Source of the DNA: Raillietiella orientalis
Lineage: Eukaryota
Assembly: GCA_036172245.1 (NCBI GenBank)
Contig: JAYWIR010000064.1
Coordinates: 372,001-436,000, forward strand
Length of the DNA: 64,000 bases
Direction of reading: 5' to 3'
Shown: piece after piece, positions 40,401 to 53,541 of the stretch
Numbering within the stretch: position 1 is the stretch's first letter
Layout of the letters: the number at the start of each line of letters is the position of its first letter
The notes under the pieces: model-generated
What the model was told of the DNA's origin: nothing
The model's database searches: none
The model's input: only the letters and a program-made list of their open reading frames with translations
Position numbers and translations under genes: made by a program

Positions 40401-43400
40401 TCTTCAAGAGAGAGTGCAGCCTGCTTTTCAAGGCCCGCGATGCCAAGAAGACTAAGAAACTTTGAATTTAGGTAAAAAAGAGAAGAACAAGCATACCTAA
40501 CGTTGTTAAAATGGAGTATCTGAAGCGCAACGCTGAGCTGGCAGCAGCAACGATAGCAGCAGCATTTTTTTTTCTTTTTTTTTCATTCTCCTTGTCTTTT
40601 TAAGGGAGGGAAGGGAAGGCAAAAGGGGAAGAAAAGAATAAGGACACTACCCATGCACTCTCAAACGGAAGTGGACGGCATGAAAGTCTTCAGCTACTAG
40701 GATCATTCTTAGGCCTTGGAAGTCCTCGGACTAATTGCCATAGGAAATGTGACCGAATTCCAAACGACTGCTCGAGTCCCGCGTAAGGAGATGCATGAGG
40801 TTGATGGAAATGAGCTCGTTGGACGCATTTGGAGAGAGTGCCTTGTTCGAACAAGTGGACATCCACCGAGATTCGGAAATTCCGAGTTTGAGGAAGGAAA
40901 GAACGCACTCTGCCACCTGCTCTCAGTAAACATCGGACTGATTCCATAGGGGGGTTTGGGATGCTCTCCGGGTTTCCACACGAGAAGGGGGCCGAATCGC
41001 CACAGGAGCGGGAGGTTGGGAGGTCGCTTTCGTAAAGAAATCGTTTACCGAGGTCACATCTTCAGTGCATCCTTCTTTTCTATTCATCTTCCTTCCTTTT
41101 CTGCCTCTTTGGGAGCCGAGATGCCACCTTGGATTAGATTCTCCATTGCACCATCATTCCTGAAAGGGGAAGTTTCATCAGCAGGAGAGACTTCATCTCC
41201 TCTGCCTCGTCCACAAAGGGTGCCATCTGAAAGTTTCCTCGGCTCCTGCGTCTCCTGCGGCACTTCGGGATGGCATCTCCACTCGCTTATTCCCTCTTTC
41301 TCTCGGTGGCTTTCCGTGCGCGAACCCGGAGCGAGACGGATTGCAATGTCCTTCGTTCGCCCCCTCATCATGTCCTTCCAGCGACTGAGCTCCTACTTTT
41401 TCAATCCAAGTCTTGAATTCGAACGGGAGAACTCATGAATTTTTCCCTCCTGAAGGCAAAGGGAGTCCTAAGACAGATGCGAATGGAACGAGAGTGGAAA
41501 TACTACTGTCCATCAGTATGTTCCAGGCACGCATTCCCCCTCGACGTTCCAGCTGCAAAGAGTGGGATACCCCTTTCCTAAGATTCTCTCTTAGCTCTTC
41601 GCTTCTAGAGGCAGCTGCTGAAGCGAGGCGTTCGCTTCCACTGCAAGGGGATGGCCCAGGTGGGGAAAACCTCGAGACGCAGTGATCCTCTTCAGATTCA
41701 AGGTGGTCCAGGGAGGATGTATGAGCGTGAGCCTGGGGAAGGGAATTGGTCTCCAGTGAGATCTAGGTCCCTTGTTCCCTTCACCCCACTCATCCCTCCC
41801 GCGTCCTTGGAGGGGCTCTTTGGCTCCTTGTTCGATCCCACACATATCTAACGAGGCAGTTCGTCCGAACGAACCTGATGTATTAAAAAAATCCTGCTAG
41901 TTTCGACCGGATCCCTTCCTCTCGGAACATCCCCTTCCCCTCCCCCCTCCGAATCCGAAATCCATCTTCACAAATTCGGTGAGCATGGGATTTCACAACC
42001 CTACTCCTTGGAGATGATTGGGGTTTTCAAACCATCTCCATTCCAACAGTAGAGCGCATATTGGACGTGACCGTCCAATATCGTCTTCCCCTTGGAAAGA
42101 AGGAAGGAAGGCAGGAAGTGCATCAGCAAAGTCCAAAGAAGAAGCAAAACGACCTTAGATTTCGTTGGTCCTTCTAAAGGCTTCCAGGCGACCTATTCCT
42201 TTCCCTTCCTCTCCTTCCCCTTGCTTTGCCCCCGTTCGGAACGAGTTTTGAAATAAGGGTGGAATTATCACCCAAGGATTCGCACGAACTGCTAAAAGCG
42301 ACTATGAATGGAAGAAGGGCAAGAATAGGGAAGGCCCTTTGTCTCGCTTCTTCTGTACTTTGACTTTGTCGCCTGCCTGCTTCAACCTGCTTTTATTCGA
42401 TTTCCATCCCAGTCTAAGAAGTACCTTGAAACTGGATTCGATCGTCTAGCTGCTTCCAGCTGGAAGTTCCATCTCCAGAAAGCCTCACTTCTCGCATTTT
42501 CAGAGGTTAATGACGTTTTTACAGACAAGCAGTGAAAAATAGGAGTCCTCCTCTTCCATACGTCCTTCCACATCGTCTTCTCTCACATACCAAATGTATC
42601 TGCAGTGTCAGGTCACCATCGTTCGCACCTCCCTCTCCTATCCATCTCCTCTTACCCTTCCTTCCCCTCCTCCTTCCCTTACCCGGGGACGACTTTCAAA
42701 ATACCGAGTAGAAGGGGCATGAAATAAAAGGAGGGAAACAGAGACTGGAAACCGAGCGAAAAGTGAATTGTTCCTTGAAACCAAAAACGATTGAGGGTCG
42801 GTCCTTAGTGAAGCACTCAGATAATCACAATTGAGGGTGCCAAAACGCCTCATCCCAGGATAAGAGACATCAGACCTGGGCAAAGTTCAAATTTTCGAGA
42901 CAATCCTGAGCAAAATGAATAACTAACGACATCGAAAGGGAACCAGTCAGAGGGCGGAAAATGCAGGAGAGGCACTTGCATGCTTGGTCCGAAGTTATCC
43001 CGTTGAGGGCATGCTTCTCTCTCATGTGGGAGAGGAAGATAAAGAAACGGTGGGGGAAAACAGTCTGCCGCAATAAAAGAGGGTGAGTCGAAGTACTGGG
43101 AAAACACAGGTGCGAAATGGCAACTGTCAGTGAGATCTCTCCACTCGTTACCATAGGAGAGAATAGATGGAGATGAGGAATAAAGAAAAGGATACAAGCA
43201 AGCTCCTAGTCTACTTTCAACCCTTCGCTCATCCGTATGATATTAACAGTGGCTTGGAGATAGAGGTGTTTCTGGCCTCCTGCTACCTCTATTGCTCGGC
43301 AGTGCAGGACTCGAAAAAACGCAGGACGCACGTGAGAAAACTCGGTAGTCCACGGTGCCATGTGCCCTTTCAAGATTCCTGAGTCCCTCTCTCTAGCAGG

Positions 43401-44641
43401 CGCTCCAAGAAGCGATCGGGAGAGTCCAGTATCTGCTTGCCTTACCAAGATAGAACAACTTTATATTCATGGGAAACAGAGGAAGGAGGAACCATTTTCA
43501 GCTATAGACTGACGCTCTGTCTTTAAACCTTCTTCCGCTCGTCTGTAAGATTTCAATCCTTCCCTCTTTTTACATGGGCTTAGTCCCTTTGCCACCATTC
43601 CTGATACGTTTTTCTGCTATTGCCAAAGGATCCCGCCACTGCCGCCGCCATCCCCAAGGAAGACTCGCAATCAGCAGCCCAACCTGGTCACAGCACACCC
43701 GCGACGCCAGTCCGCAAAGGTCATACAGGCAGTGCTGGTGATCGGGCGTGCGTTTCTTCTTCCCCCTTCATCAGGAATAAAAAGGAAACAGCACGCGAAG
43801 CTGTGGGCTCTCTCTGGACGCTTCATGGATGAATTTCGGCGGGCTTACTGATTGGCCCAGAAGGCCGGACTTGCCTATTTTAGTGGAGTTATGTCCAACC
43901 GACATGGGCAACCCAACGAACTGGGGTCTTCTTGAACACCGACCAGAAAAAGCCTTACCGTTAGAGACCAGGATGCAGAGATTGTTTTTTCCGATGGAGA
44001 GAAAAAACCTTGTACTCTAGCCTCCCAATTGTTTCCATCCTTGTATTTCGTGAGACGCAGTTTTTGGATGTACTCAGGTATTCAAGTGTACGACGAAAGA
44101 GCCTGCGGATAAAAACACTTCCTAGTGCAACGAAGCTTGCTGGGATCTTCTCGAAAGATGCCCCATCGGTGGAGCAATCACTGCTGCACAGAAGTTAGGT
44201 GAGCTATAAAGAGACCCAATAGAGTTCCAGCACCATGCACACTTCCACCCTGTAAGTTTAATTAGAGAATTTAATACTAATCCCAAGGGTGTAAAATAGA
44301 TGATCTTTACTTAACTACCTACAAACTTCGACAGTCGTAAAAAAAAAGATTCCCGAGATTCCTTCGTGGATTGCATCATAGATCCCTTATTTTGTATGGG
44401 ATCTTGTGCATCTTCTGCAAAAAATATTGAAAAGATGAACAGAAAATGAAAATGTGAAACAACTGATAGAAAGAACCAGATGGAGTGCTAAGAATGAGAA
44501 GACTTGGGATTCCCACAATTACGAAAAATATCATAACGTATACGAATTGGGCCGTAGGCAACTGACTAACGAAAGCTGTCTAGTAATAAGTAATAAGGAA
44601 CAGGGTAATATATCACTTTTATTAAAACTCTCATTTCGCAC

Positions 44642-47600
44642 TCACGCAACATATATGAAAGTGTTAATATCTTTCTCATCTCGTCTCATGTAGTTTTTTT
44701 CGATTAGCCACTCAATTTGTTCTTTTATCATTTTTCTATTAGGAAGAAACATATTTTTCAGCATATCCACTAATTCTGAATGCAGCTGAGAGTGTGTAAC
44801 ACGCTTCCTCATTTTCATGATTTTCCATATGGCTTCCTATTAATTAAGCATCATATGCACAAACCAAATGAAATTTGCGAGAAATACCTGAGTGCGAAAA
44901 ATGCGCAACTGTAAAACGCTTTCTACATCTTCCTTATGACTTTTTTCGGTCAGTAACTGAAGTCGACCAACCAAACTCAGTTTACCTCGTCTCTGTCCCT
45001 TGCCATTCTTCCTAATTAATTAATTAACAAGTAAACAACTAAATATATTTCTCTTACATTAGAACAAATTCCTGATTAATCCAAAAAAGAGTATTATCTT
45101 GGAAATCTTTGAGAGAAGGCACCTTAGGTTCATAAAGTAAGACTTGCATCTTCAGTTTGGGGCATGCCACTAAAGACTGATTGGGATACATATATTATAT
45201 TATTAACTAACTTATCCTAACCCAAAGAGTTTTTCTGAGCTCAGGATCCGGTAATTCTGTTGCCAGTTTCAAGCTTTCATAAGAAATTCTATCTAAGTGA
45301 CGTTGATTCCATGCAAACAAAACAGCCATTTGAAAGGTAGTCACATCCATATCATATCTTCCAACAGCATTCACAAAAGATATCTGAGAGACACATTCTC
45401 TCTCTCAAAAACACATATCACTTGTAGCACATATCCATACAGTTCCATAAGACATATGATGATGCCATTGCAACTTTCTTCCACTATGTTTAAATCTATA
45501 GAATTCTTCAACCTCAGGTATGTAATCTTCCAGTTCAATTGGTAGCGTTACTTGCACCCGCTCACTGGGTCTGGACCATGCACCAGCATGTAAGATCTTA
45601 ATATTAATGTCTGAAGAAAAAATGCAGCAAATGTTACAGGTTAACACCAGCATACCAGCAGCTCCTTCTTTGCTGTTATACTCTTCTTTAAACTGTCTGT
45701 TGAGATCATCACTGACTTTTATATCCTGAAACATGCGGGCTAATTTATTTACATATTCAGCAGGCATGCCGATGTCTCGAAGCCTAGAAATACAATTAAA
45801 TACGCTTTCAATGATTTTCACAAACCATTCCACCATGAGTTCTTCCTTTTCATAATCTGCTGAAGTATCTAATATTAAACGACGAGTCAAATGGGCTTTA
45901 TGGAATTTCATGAAGACATCTTTGTTCTGCACATATTTGAGTACAAGTAACTAAAATAGCATTAGAATTCTCATAAGTGTCCTTCAGATGCCTCTTAGTA
46001 CTTCAAGTCAATGTAATTGCAAGCCATAAAAAACAATATAAATGCGATCTTTGCATTAATGGCTCTAATTAATTTAAGTTTTACATTCTTAAAGTGAATA
46101 CATAATATATTTATTACTTTTGTGCATTGTGTCATATGTAATGCACAAAATTTGACAAATCAGACAGACAATCCACTTTTCACTATTCCTTGATTCCAAT
46201 GTTCCTCGATCATCATTTACTTTCAGTATTAATCACTATTTAATACAGTTTAAAATAGTACAGTGATTTAAGCTAATGACTCTAGTTCACTTAAAAATAA
46301 TCCAATGTTGCCTTTCTATCTTCCCATACTTATAATTATTTCTTTTTCATTTTATGAACAGGTTAGATTGTAACATTCTTTCTATTTTTGCAGTCATCTC
46401 TCTTCCATGAGAGATCATGGAACTAGACAGATCGCATTTTTTAAGAACATTAAAAACTAAAACTGCAATTACTGCACAAACTCAGCTCTACTTTCTGATT
46501 ATTGCAAATCCCAATTTTGACAAATTAGCAATAAGAAATGTTTTCCAAAACACCATTACTACAATGATACCATCTCGTGAAGTTAGTAATTTCATAGTAC
46601 AATGATGTTATTATTTTTAATCACATTCTTTTCTTTTTGTGTGCTTAATGATAATTACGTGAAATGAAAAGAAATATAGTAATGATGAAATGCAAATAAA
46701 TTAAACATCTAACAGAAATTTTTAAAATGGTTTTACCACATCCTTTAATTTCTTTTCGATGTCTTCGGAAGTCATTTTTTTGCTATACAATGTTTTTCTC
46801 AAAAGAAGATCACAGTAAATGGCCAATAATTCTGGGCATTTTGATTCAGGTACTGAATGCATTTTTGAAACAAATCCCTTTTTACCTCTTAGAAATCTAA
46901 TCAGTGCACTCTTGTTAGTCTTACCTGTTTAGCAGGTAATTCCAATTTAAAAACGGTGGTATCATTGACTACTTTCTTGTATGCTTTGTCACGTGCTGTT
47001 AGAAAGCGAGGATCATCATTGAAAGCCTCACGAACCAACCGACTACTTGAGCTAAATAAATCCAATAGTTGCTCAACGTATTTTTCAGAATCCTAGGCAA
47101 TCAAAATCAATAGGACCCCATTTAATTTCAGCATTACTTGAGTGATAATTTCGGCTGAAGCTAACATATCAGATAGCCCTTTATTAATAATGCACTGCTC
47201 TAAATCATGAAGCATTGGTGCAATACTATCTGCAACACGGTCCATCAACTTAAACATAAGTTTCAATTCTGAAAATGGAAACTTGCCTATAATTCTTGTA
47301 CCAAATACTCTCTATAAATTAAGTATTAATTAGTACTCTAGAAATTAATCTGTTGATAACTGATGCAAAACTGAAGTGATATGATAAATTTCTGGAGTAA
47401 TGAGAATATGTAGAAAAACTTTAGCACAAAATTTTAATAGGCATTACAGTATGAACTTTACACATCATATCATTACTCTGTGACCATATAAAACCATTAT
47501 TAAGATAGTCGTGAGCTCTCATTGTTTAGTACAAAACAAACTCATTTTAATTACTTTCTGTTTCATTTTTTTGAATCAAACTGCTGCAGTCTGCAAGAAT

Positions 47601-49559
47601 CGTATCTTTGAAAGCTGTCACCAGCACATCCACACAACAGTTGATGAGCTGAAACAAAGAAGTTCTTATGAACACAATGCATATTAACATAATATGAAGT
47701 TGGAAGTTGCATTGCTAACAGCACTTTTTTCAAATATGGAAAGTTCAAAATAAGCATTTCAAAGAAGCACTAGTTTACAAGAAATACAACTAAGTTAACT
47801 ATCATCAAAATCCTGTCAGAATAATTAGAAAACAAAAAAACTGTAATCTGAGAACATTTCACACAAAATCGATATATCCAACTGCTAATAAGATGGTTTG
47901 AAAAATCATTACATTCAAAAGTAAAATTAAAATTAAATACATACAAATATTCATGATCATTCATATGAATATATACCATAAAAGTTTTGATGATCACAGA
48001 AATTACAAGAATTTTCCACAATGAAAACCCCAGTTTTGTTGGGAGTTTCCCTTTAGCAAACACTTGTGCAGGACTAGAACTTAAACTATTCTCAAGCACC
48101 AAATTACATACTGCATTAACTAATAAGAAAGTTTTGAAACTTAATAGAATACAATTTTTAATTGTGTTTTTGGACAGAAGAAAGAAAGAGTGTGAAATGC
48201 CAGCATTAAAACCTAATCTAAACCTCTGGATGAACAATTATACTTTGATAAAAAATAAACGCCTTCTACAAATGGTTTTGCACCATTTGTAGAGAGTACA
48301 TTACAGAGTGGTACACAATGATACTGAGGGACTGAGTGAAGATATATTAAGCAAATTCTTCATATTGACAAATCACCGGATAGATCTAAATTTAAATAAA
48401 CAAATACATCATTTCTTTAGAAGAAATGATACATTATGATACATTACATCATTCATGGAGTCACTTGAAGTTTCCAAGTACCGCTGACCTCGCAATTCTT
48501 CTTCTCTTAGTTTCTGATCAGCAAATTTAAGATATTTTTCTACACCATGTTCTTTTAAATATAATGGAGCTTGAACCTGATAAAATGATCTAGTAGCTTC
48601 AATATATGCTTCTTCAAAATTCTCACGATAAATTTGCAACCGATCAGCAGTGTTAGAACATAAATTCACTAAAATTACGATTAATAATTTTCTGATGATC
48701 TATCCACTCAATAGCTATTATACATTAAATATAACTGTTTATCACTAATTATGCAAAAAAGTAACATTTAATACCATATGATTCCCTTACTCCAATAACC
48801 AATTGTGAATCAAAGGCTTGACCATTACGCTCAGCATGAACTAATTTCATTGCACAGTCCTGCAAACGTTGCTTTATATTTGAAAAAATAGTTTGATTCC
48901 AGGTGTCCAGCATTAACTTGGAAAAACTGTTTGATAATTTATCAAAATATGCATTAAATTACCTTTCGAACTAGATTTTCCTCATTCTGACTTTTTTTTT
49001 GAACGGAACTATTAGATTTTCCAGCAAGCAAATTTTCCAGCATGCTAAATGGTAAAGGCAAATAACGACACTGAGTGAAAAATTTGGTCCACTCCAAAAT
49101 ATATGTTTTCAACAGTGCCTGATCTTCTTTGTTAGCCAACACTCTCTAATATCATTTAAGACAAAAAATACATTAAAGATCACGCAAGTGCATTGAATCC
49201 AAAATTATTGTGTGAAAGCAAGTTTTTCACTTACTATTTGAACTTGCTTTATGAAATCAAGAATATCTTCTTGCAACTTTTGATAAACCTTTGGTGAACT
49301 TTTATCATCCCAAATGCAAACATTGTGTACAACCCAAAACAGATTTTGCCACTCGGATCTTGATACAGAATGTTGATGCAATAATTTAAGTATTGTAGGT
49401 CTCATTAAGGGCCATTGTTCCTCAAAGAGTTGTGGATTTTTTTCCTATTTGAAAGAGTGCACTTTTACAGCATCTTATCAAGAACAATTATCTTTCAACA
49501 TTATTGAAATAGTTGAAGCAAAGATTATGCGATTTTACCCTTGAAAGTGCAGCTGACAT
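44642..49559 (-). CDS. CUL5: Cullin-5
   Basis: 16 exons: 49539-49559, 49235-49444, 48963-49145, 48775-48916, 48448-48668, 47555-47648, 47138-47268, 46925-47092, 46737-46877, 45826-45950, 45656-45783, 45441-45610, 45222-45383, 45058-45176, 44888-45011, 44642-44836 (TGA). Diagnostic CUL5 peptides: MRPTILKLL, LMLDTWNQTIFSNIKQRLQD, DDPRFLTARDKAYK, PESKCPELLA, QNKDVFMKFHKAHLTRRLIL, C-terminal TFIYVA. Confidence 0.97.
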
Positions 49560-50773
49560 GTCCTAACATTATACAGTGTCTGTTGTGTAGAATATGAATA
49601 ACCTTTTTGAACACTTATTGTAAGTTCATTAATCTACATTCCATCATTATTCAACTTTTTTACTTGTTAATTACATGCATTATCTAGAATTAAAAAAATA
49701 TCTCAAAGGAATTGTCACGGAACATCTCAAGATGTACACACATTGCTTCCAAAAAATTTGCTGTTGCATGTTGCAATACAAATACTTTGATAATACAATT
49801 TTACCTCCTTGCCAAATGCTTTTTTATACATACGTATCTGTAACGCAACGATAGCCAATTCAAGTAAACACTTTTTATTAGTTGCAAAAACTTCAAAATA
49901 TTTGTTCCATGTACAATCTTGGCCAATCTACCTGTTAAATACGCATCATTGCAATATTACAATTCATGTACTTAATTCAATACGCTAGCAAGGGAATTTT
50001 AGTTTTCATGCAATTGCCAGTAAATTGAGTTTTGTGAAGCTTAATCTTCACAGTTACGATACAGGATGAGACTTTTGGCCCTTATCTTAGAAAACCATCT
50101 GCTAAGGTTATACATGGGAAACTAAAATACAATGCTATATTTAGATGCAAATCAAATGCCCCTGTTTTAAAATATTTGCAAAGTTCAGCTAATTCTTTGG
50201 TCTAATGGAGGTAGACCAGTGAATGAAAATTTGAAACGGAGCTAAGAAATGTGAGGAGGGTATATCTTTGTTTCTCTTCTTTTCTGGAGAGAAGGATCTT
50301 ATTTGGTTTTAGAAAACAAACGGTTAACGAAAACGAAACCATTTCACTGCGAATACAAGTGAACACAGGACTTTGAGCTTTTGACTCCTGCAATAGAGCT
50401 AACTTGCCCATAACGCATACATTCGAGTCCAGAATCCGTACGGGAAAATGGACTGTACATCTAGGTAAGCGTACTGCATCCTCAAACGGCGCACCAAGCA
50501 AGATATACTTCGTGATTACTCTTGCATGTTAGTAGAGAAACAAATAAAATAGATACTTCACAATCCTATTCATAAGGGCAATCTCCGCCTTTAAGGGTTC
50601 ACATCTTCCATTAATCAACTTCAACCTTTATAACAGGGCTTTGCTGGAATGCGTAATATCGTGCGAAATGAGGCACACGTTTTCTTTTGTTGTCCATTGT
50701 GACCGAGTTTTCAAAGGAATTATGTATCATTAAGTTTATGGTATAGCATTGTGAGGAATAGAATATAAGTTAC

Positions 50774-50930
50774 AGTCTGCGCCACTCCCGATTTTCCTGG
50801 CAGCCGAGCATTCGACGGAAAGCGGACTACGAGAGAGCCCGAGACGAGCCCGCGCGACGTTGGTCACGTGATGCACACGACACGTTCGTGCGGGAAACAC
50901 ACCGACACTGCGTGCCAACACACCATCTGG
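50774..50930 (-). promoter_or_regulatory. CpG-rich promoter / non-coding first exon upstream of CUL5
   Basis: CpG-dense block with GTCACGTGA E-box (~50864-72), TTTCCCGC E2F-like site on the - strand (within 50888-99), CATCTGGCA motif and a possible donor GTAACT at 50773. Which gene it drives is not certain. Confidence 0.4.
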
Positions 50931-51940
50931 CAAAAGCTTACATTTCAAAGTACGAAATTTCCTTCTCATCATGTCAATGCACAAAAAAAAAAAAAAAACA
51001 GAAAAAAAAAAAAAGAAGACGTGCAATCCAATGCAGCAAAGGAAACTGCAGTTCCCCCCCCCCCAAACCAATGACGAGAATTACCCAGGTTTCAGGTTTA
51101 CCCGGGTGCATCTTCGTCTCATTTCCATCCCACTTCCCGCGGATTCCGTGTGAAAACGTTTGAAATTTCTTCGGTTCCAGGTATTCAGTCAATGAAATCT
51201 GGGCCTTCCCGAAGGAATGACAAGCGTAACGGCAAAATGTTTTCAAGAGAGACTTCACTTGCAGAAAAATTTAGATTATGCCTTGCTTTCCCTGTCAAAC
51301 CTTCCTTTTCCGGTACGAAATCACGAGAACTTGCGAATCGAATGCCCTCCTCTTCGAATTGCATGTCATTTACTTAATAAGTCAACGAATACACGTTTCA
51401 AAATCCCTAATTAAAGATGTCGATGAATGTCGGATTTTTTTTAAGGCTATGAGATCATTTGGCGGAGGGGGGGGGGAGTTTATCCGGAATTAACTGAGAG
51501 GAGCATCACAAAAAATGCCTTTCATGTGAAATCGAGGAAAACTGAAAGTTGTCTTCGAAAGAGGATGCGTTGAAGGATTTTTGTACTGTTTTATATAACA
51601 ACTAACTACTTCGTAAATAGTATTGCGAGACACATATAAAAATGCATGAAACGATATAAGTTTCCGCCTCGGAAGACAGCATTCAACGAATGATTCGTTG
51701 AATACTGTCTTGATGACACATGCTTAAGCACACTGAATCCATTAACCAAGATTCAGATCTCAGAAAGTGGAGCGCCATAGGGAAGTTTTGAGGAAAAATA
51801 TTTTCATCGCAAATATATCTTAACTGCATTAGGGAAGTCAGGTTTCCTGTCTGCGCATAACACTGGAGCGCATGAGATGTTTTCAGATGAAACAGAGAAA
51901 ATACGGTGAAAACATGTTTCCCGCACCTACTCTTGGAGTG

Positions 51941-52412
51941 TCCCAACCTACAGGCTGGCTGGGATCCGGGAGGGATAGGCGTTTAGCCTATCCCTCTCGG
52001 ATCTGAGTGCAAAAGAACTTCTGGTCGGGTTCTCCAACAACGGAAGGTTGACCAAAGTATCTATCGTGGAGGTATTCTGCTTTCTACGAGCGGCAATGGT
52101 CGCCGGATACGAACTTGAAAAGAAGAACTATCTTCAGGATCCCATACGGATATGCAAGCACTTAGTGCTCAAAGAGCGAAAATGGGCACACATGAGTGCT
52201 TGCGAAAAGCAAGAATTACACGAAGTCGCAAAAAGGATGTGTCAAGCCCGCAAACCGGTACCCCAACCCCACCCGCATGTCCCCTCCCTTCCTCCACGTT
52301 CGATCTAGGGCTACCATCCCCTGTTGCGGATATTGTATTCGAGAGAATCAATCTCTTCCAGAGATAGAAATGTAAGTTTATTATGAGTAATAAACGTCCC
52401 GGCGCAACCGGG
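51941..52412 (+). ncRNA. Candidate structured non-coding RNA of unknown family (~470 nt)
   Basis: Near-continuous series of stems, including an 18-bp hairpin (51963-52003), a three-way junction (52057-52110) and a 19-bp bulged hairpin (52153-52204). G-U wobbles occur on the + strand and the linkers are A-rich. Confidence 0.4.
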
Positions 52413-53460
52413 TAAGAAGAAGAGAAAACACGGCGAAGTATTATTTCACTGCCTCGTCAAGATGTTTGGAAACTAAACAAATTCTAGTAAAAACTTAATC
52501 TTGCTAAAAAAATAAAATAAAAAAAAAGGTACTTGTATGCGCGCGGCTTGTATATCGTGATTGTTTTGGTCTGAACTATCAAAAAACAAGAGGTCCTCAC
52601 AGAAACGATTAAAAAGTATGAACTTTTCTTTACACTATCCGAAGAGCATAAACAAGACCTTTATTTCAAAGACTGGAAAACATCGAACGTGTTTACAAAT
52701 TTCAATGGAATCTGAAGCATCATTTTCCTCTAAATACACATAAAATTAAGGAAAAAGATTTATGATTCTTCCAAAATTCTCCCTATCTACAACCGTTTGC
52801 AAACATTGCTACCTCGGTAGATATACCCGTAAGTAAACACAATGAAGGCTTCAATCCAATCATTTATAATAAAGGTAAATCTCTTCGAGTTGTTAGATGT
52901 GCCAGAATCATATCCATATGCCGTCAAAGACAAAAGAATTAACTTTAACCTTCCTTTCATCGTCAAAAATTAATGATCGCATTGAAATTTGAACACTGTA
53001 TGCAAGTCAGTGCCGTATTTATTCAAAAATAAATTACAACTGTTTATTCACTTGAGAAAATCATGAAATTCAACTCCACAGATACCCAACCTTTTTTGAA
53101 TTACTCACTGAAGATGTTAAAGTAAATAAATTATCTTAAGCAATTAAATCATCTACATACCCTAAGCTGTAAAGCAGTCCTCACAACCATGAATTTATTA
53201 AAACCATTTTAACATGAATATTATGTTACCAAAAGTATATTCGATAACTAACAAATTAATTATGCAAAACAAGCTATTGCATGAGCGATTAAATTACTTT
53301 TGGATTTGTATTCTATCTCCCATCGTAGCCAATCCACTTTGCAAATTATATTTCTAATTCACTAAATGCATACATTAAAAAGCATGAGATTCACATTTTA
53401 TCATCCTGTGTTGCTACAAAAATTGAATGTGTTTTCCTTATTTTCCTGCTGTTGTGGCAG

Positions 53461-53541
53461 AAAATATTTCATATGGTCTTCTATAGGACTTAATTTTTAT
53501 ATGAAAAATTAAGTCCCATAGAAGACTATGTGAAATATTTT
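53461..53541. repeat. 38-bp imperfect inverted repeat with 5-nt spacer
   Basis: 53461-53498 versus the reverse complement of 53504-53541: 35/38 identical, all three differences are transitions. Confidence 0.92.

Noticed and set aside
51935..52004. 7SK-like GATC...GATC stem
   Set aside because: No bulged U before the GATC motifs, no upstream TATA, no complementary 3' M1 strand and no T-run terminator at a 7SK-like distance.
52367..52420. Hammerhead-like GAAA...GTC-stem, or a Helitron 3' hairpin
   Set aside because: The CTGANGA core is missing after the stem, and no CTRR terminus follows the hairpin.
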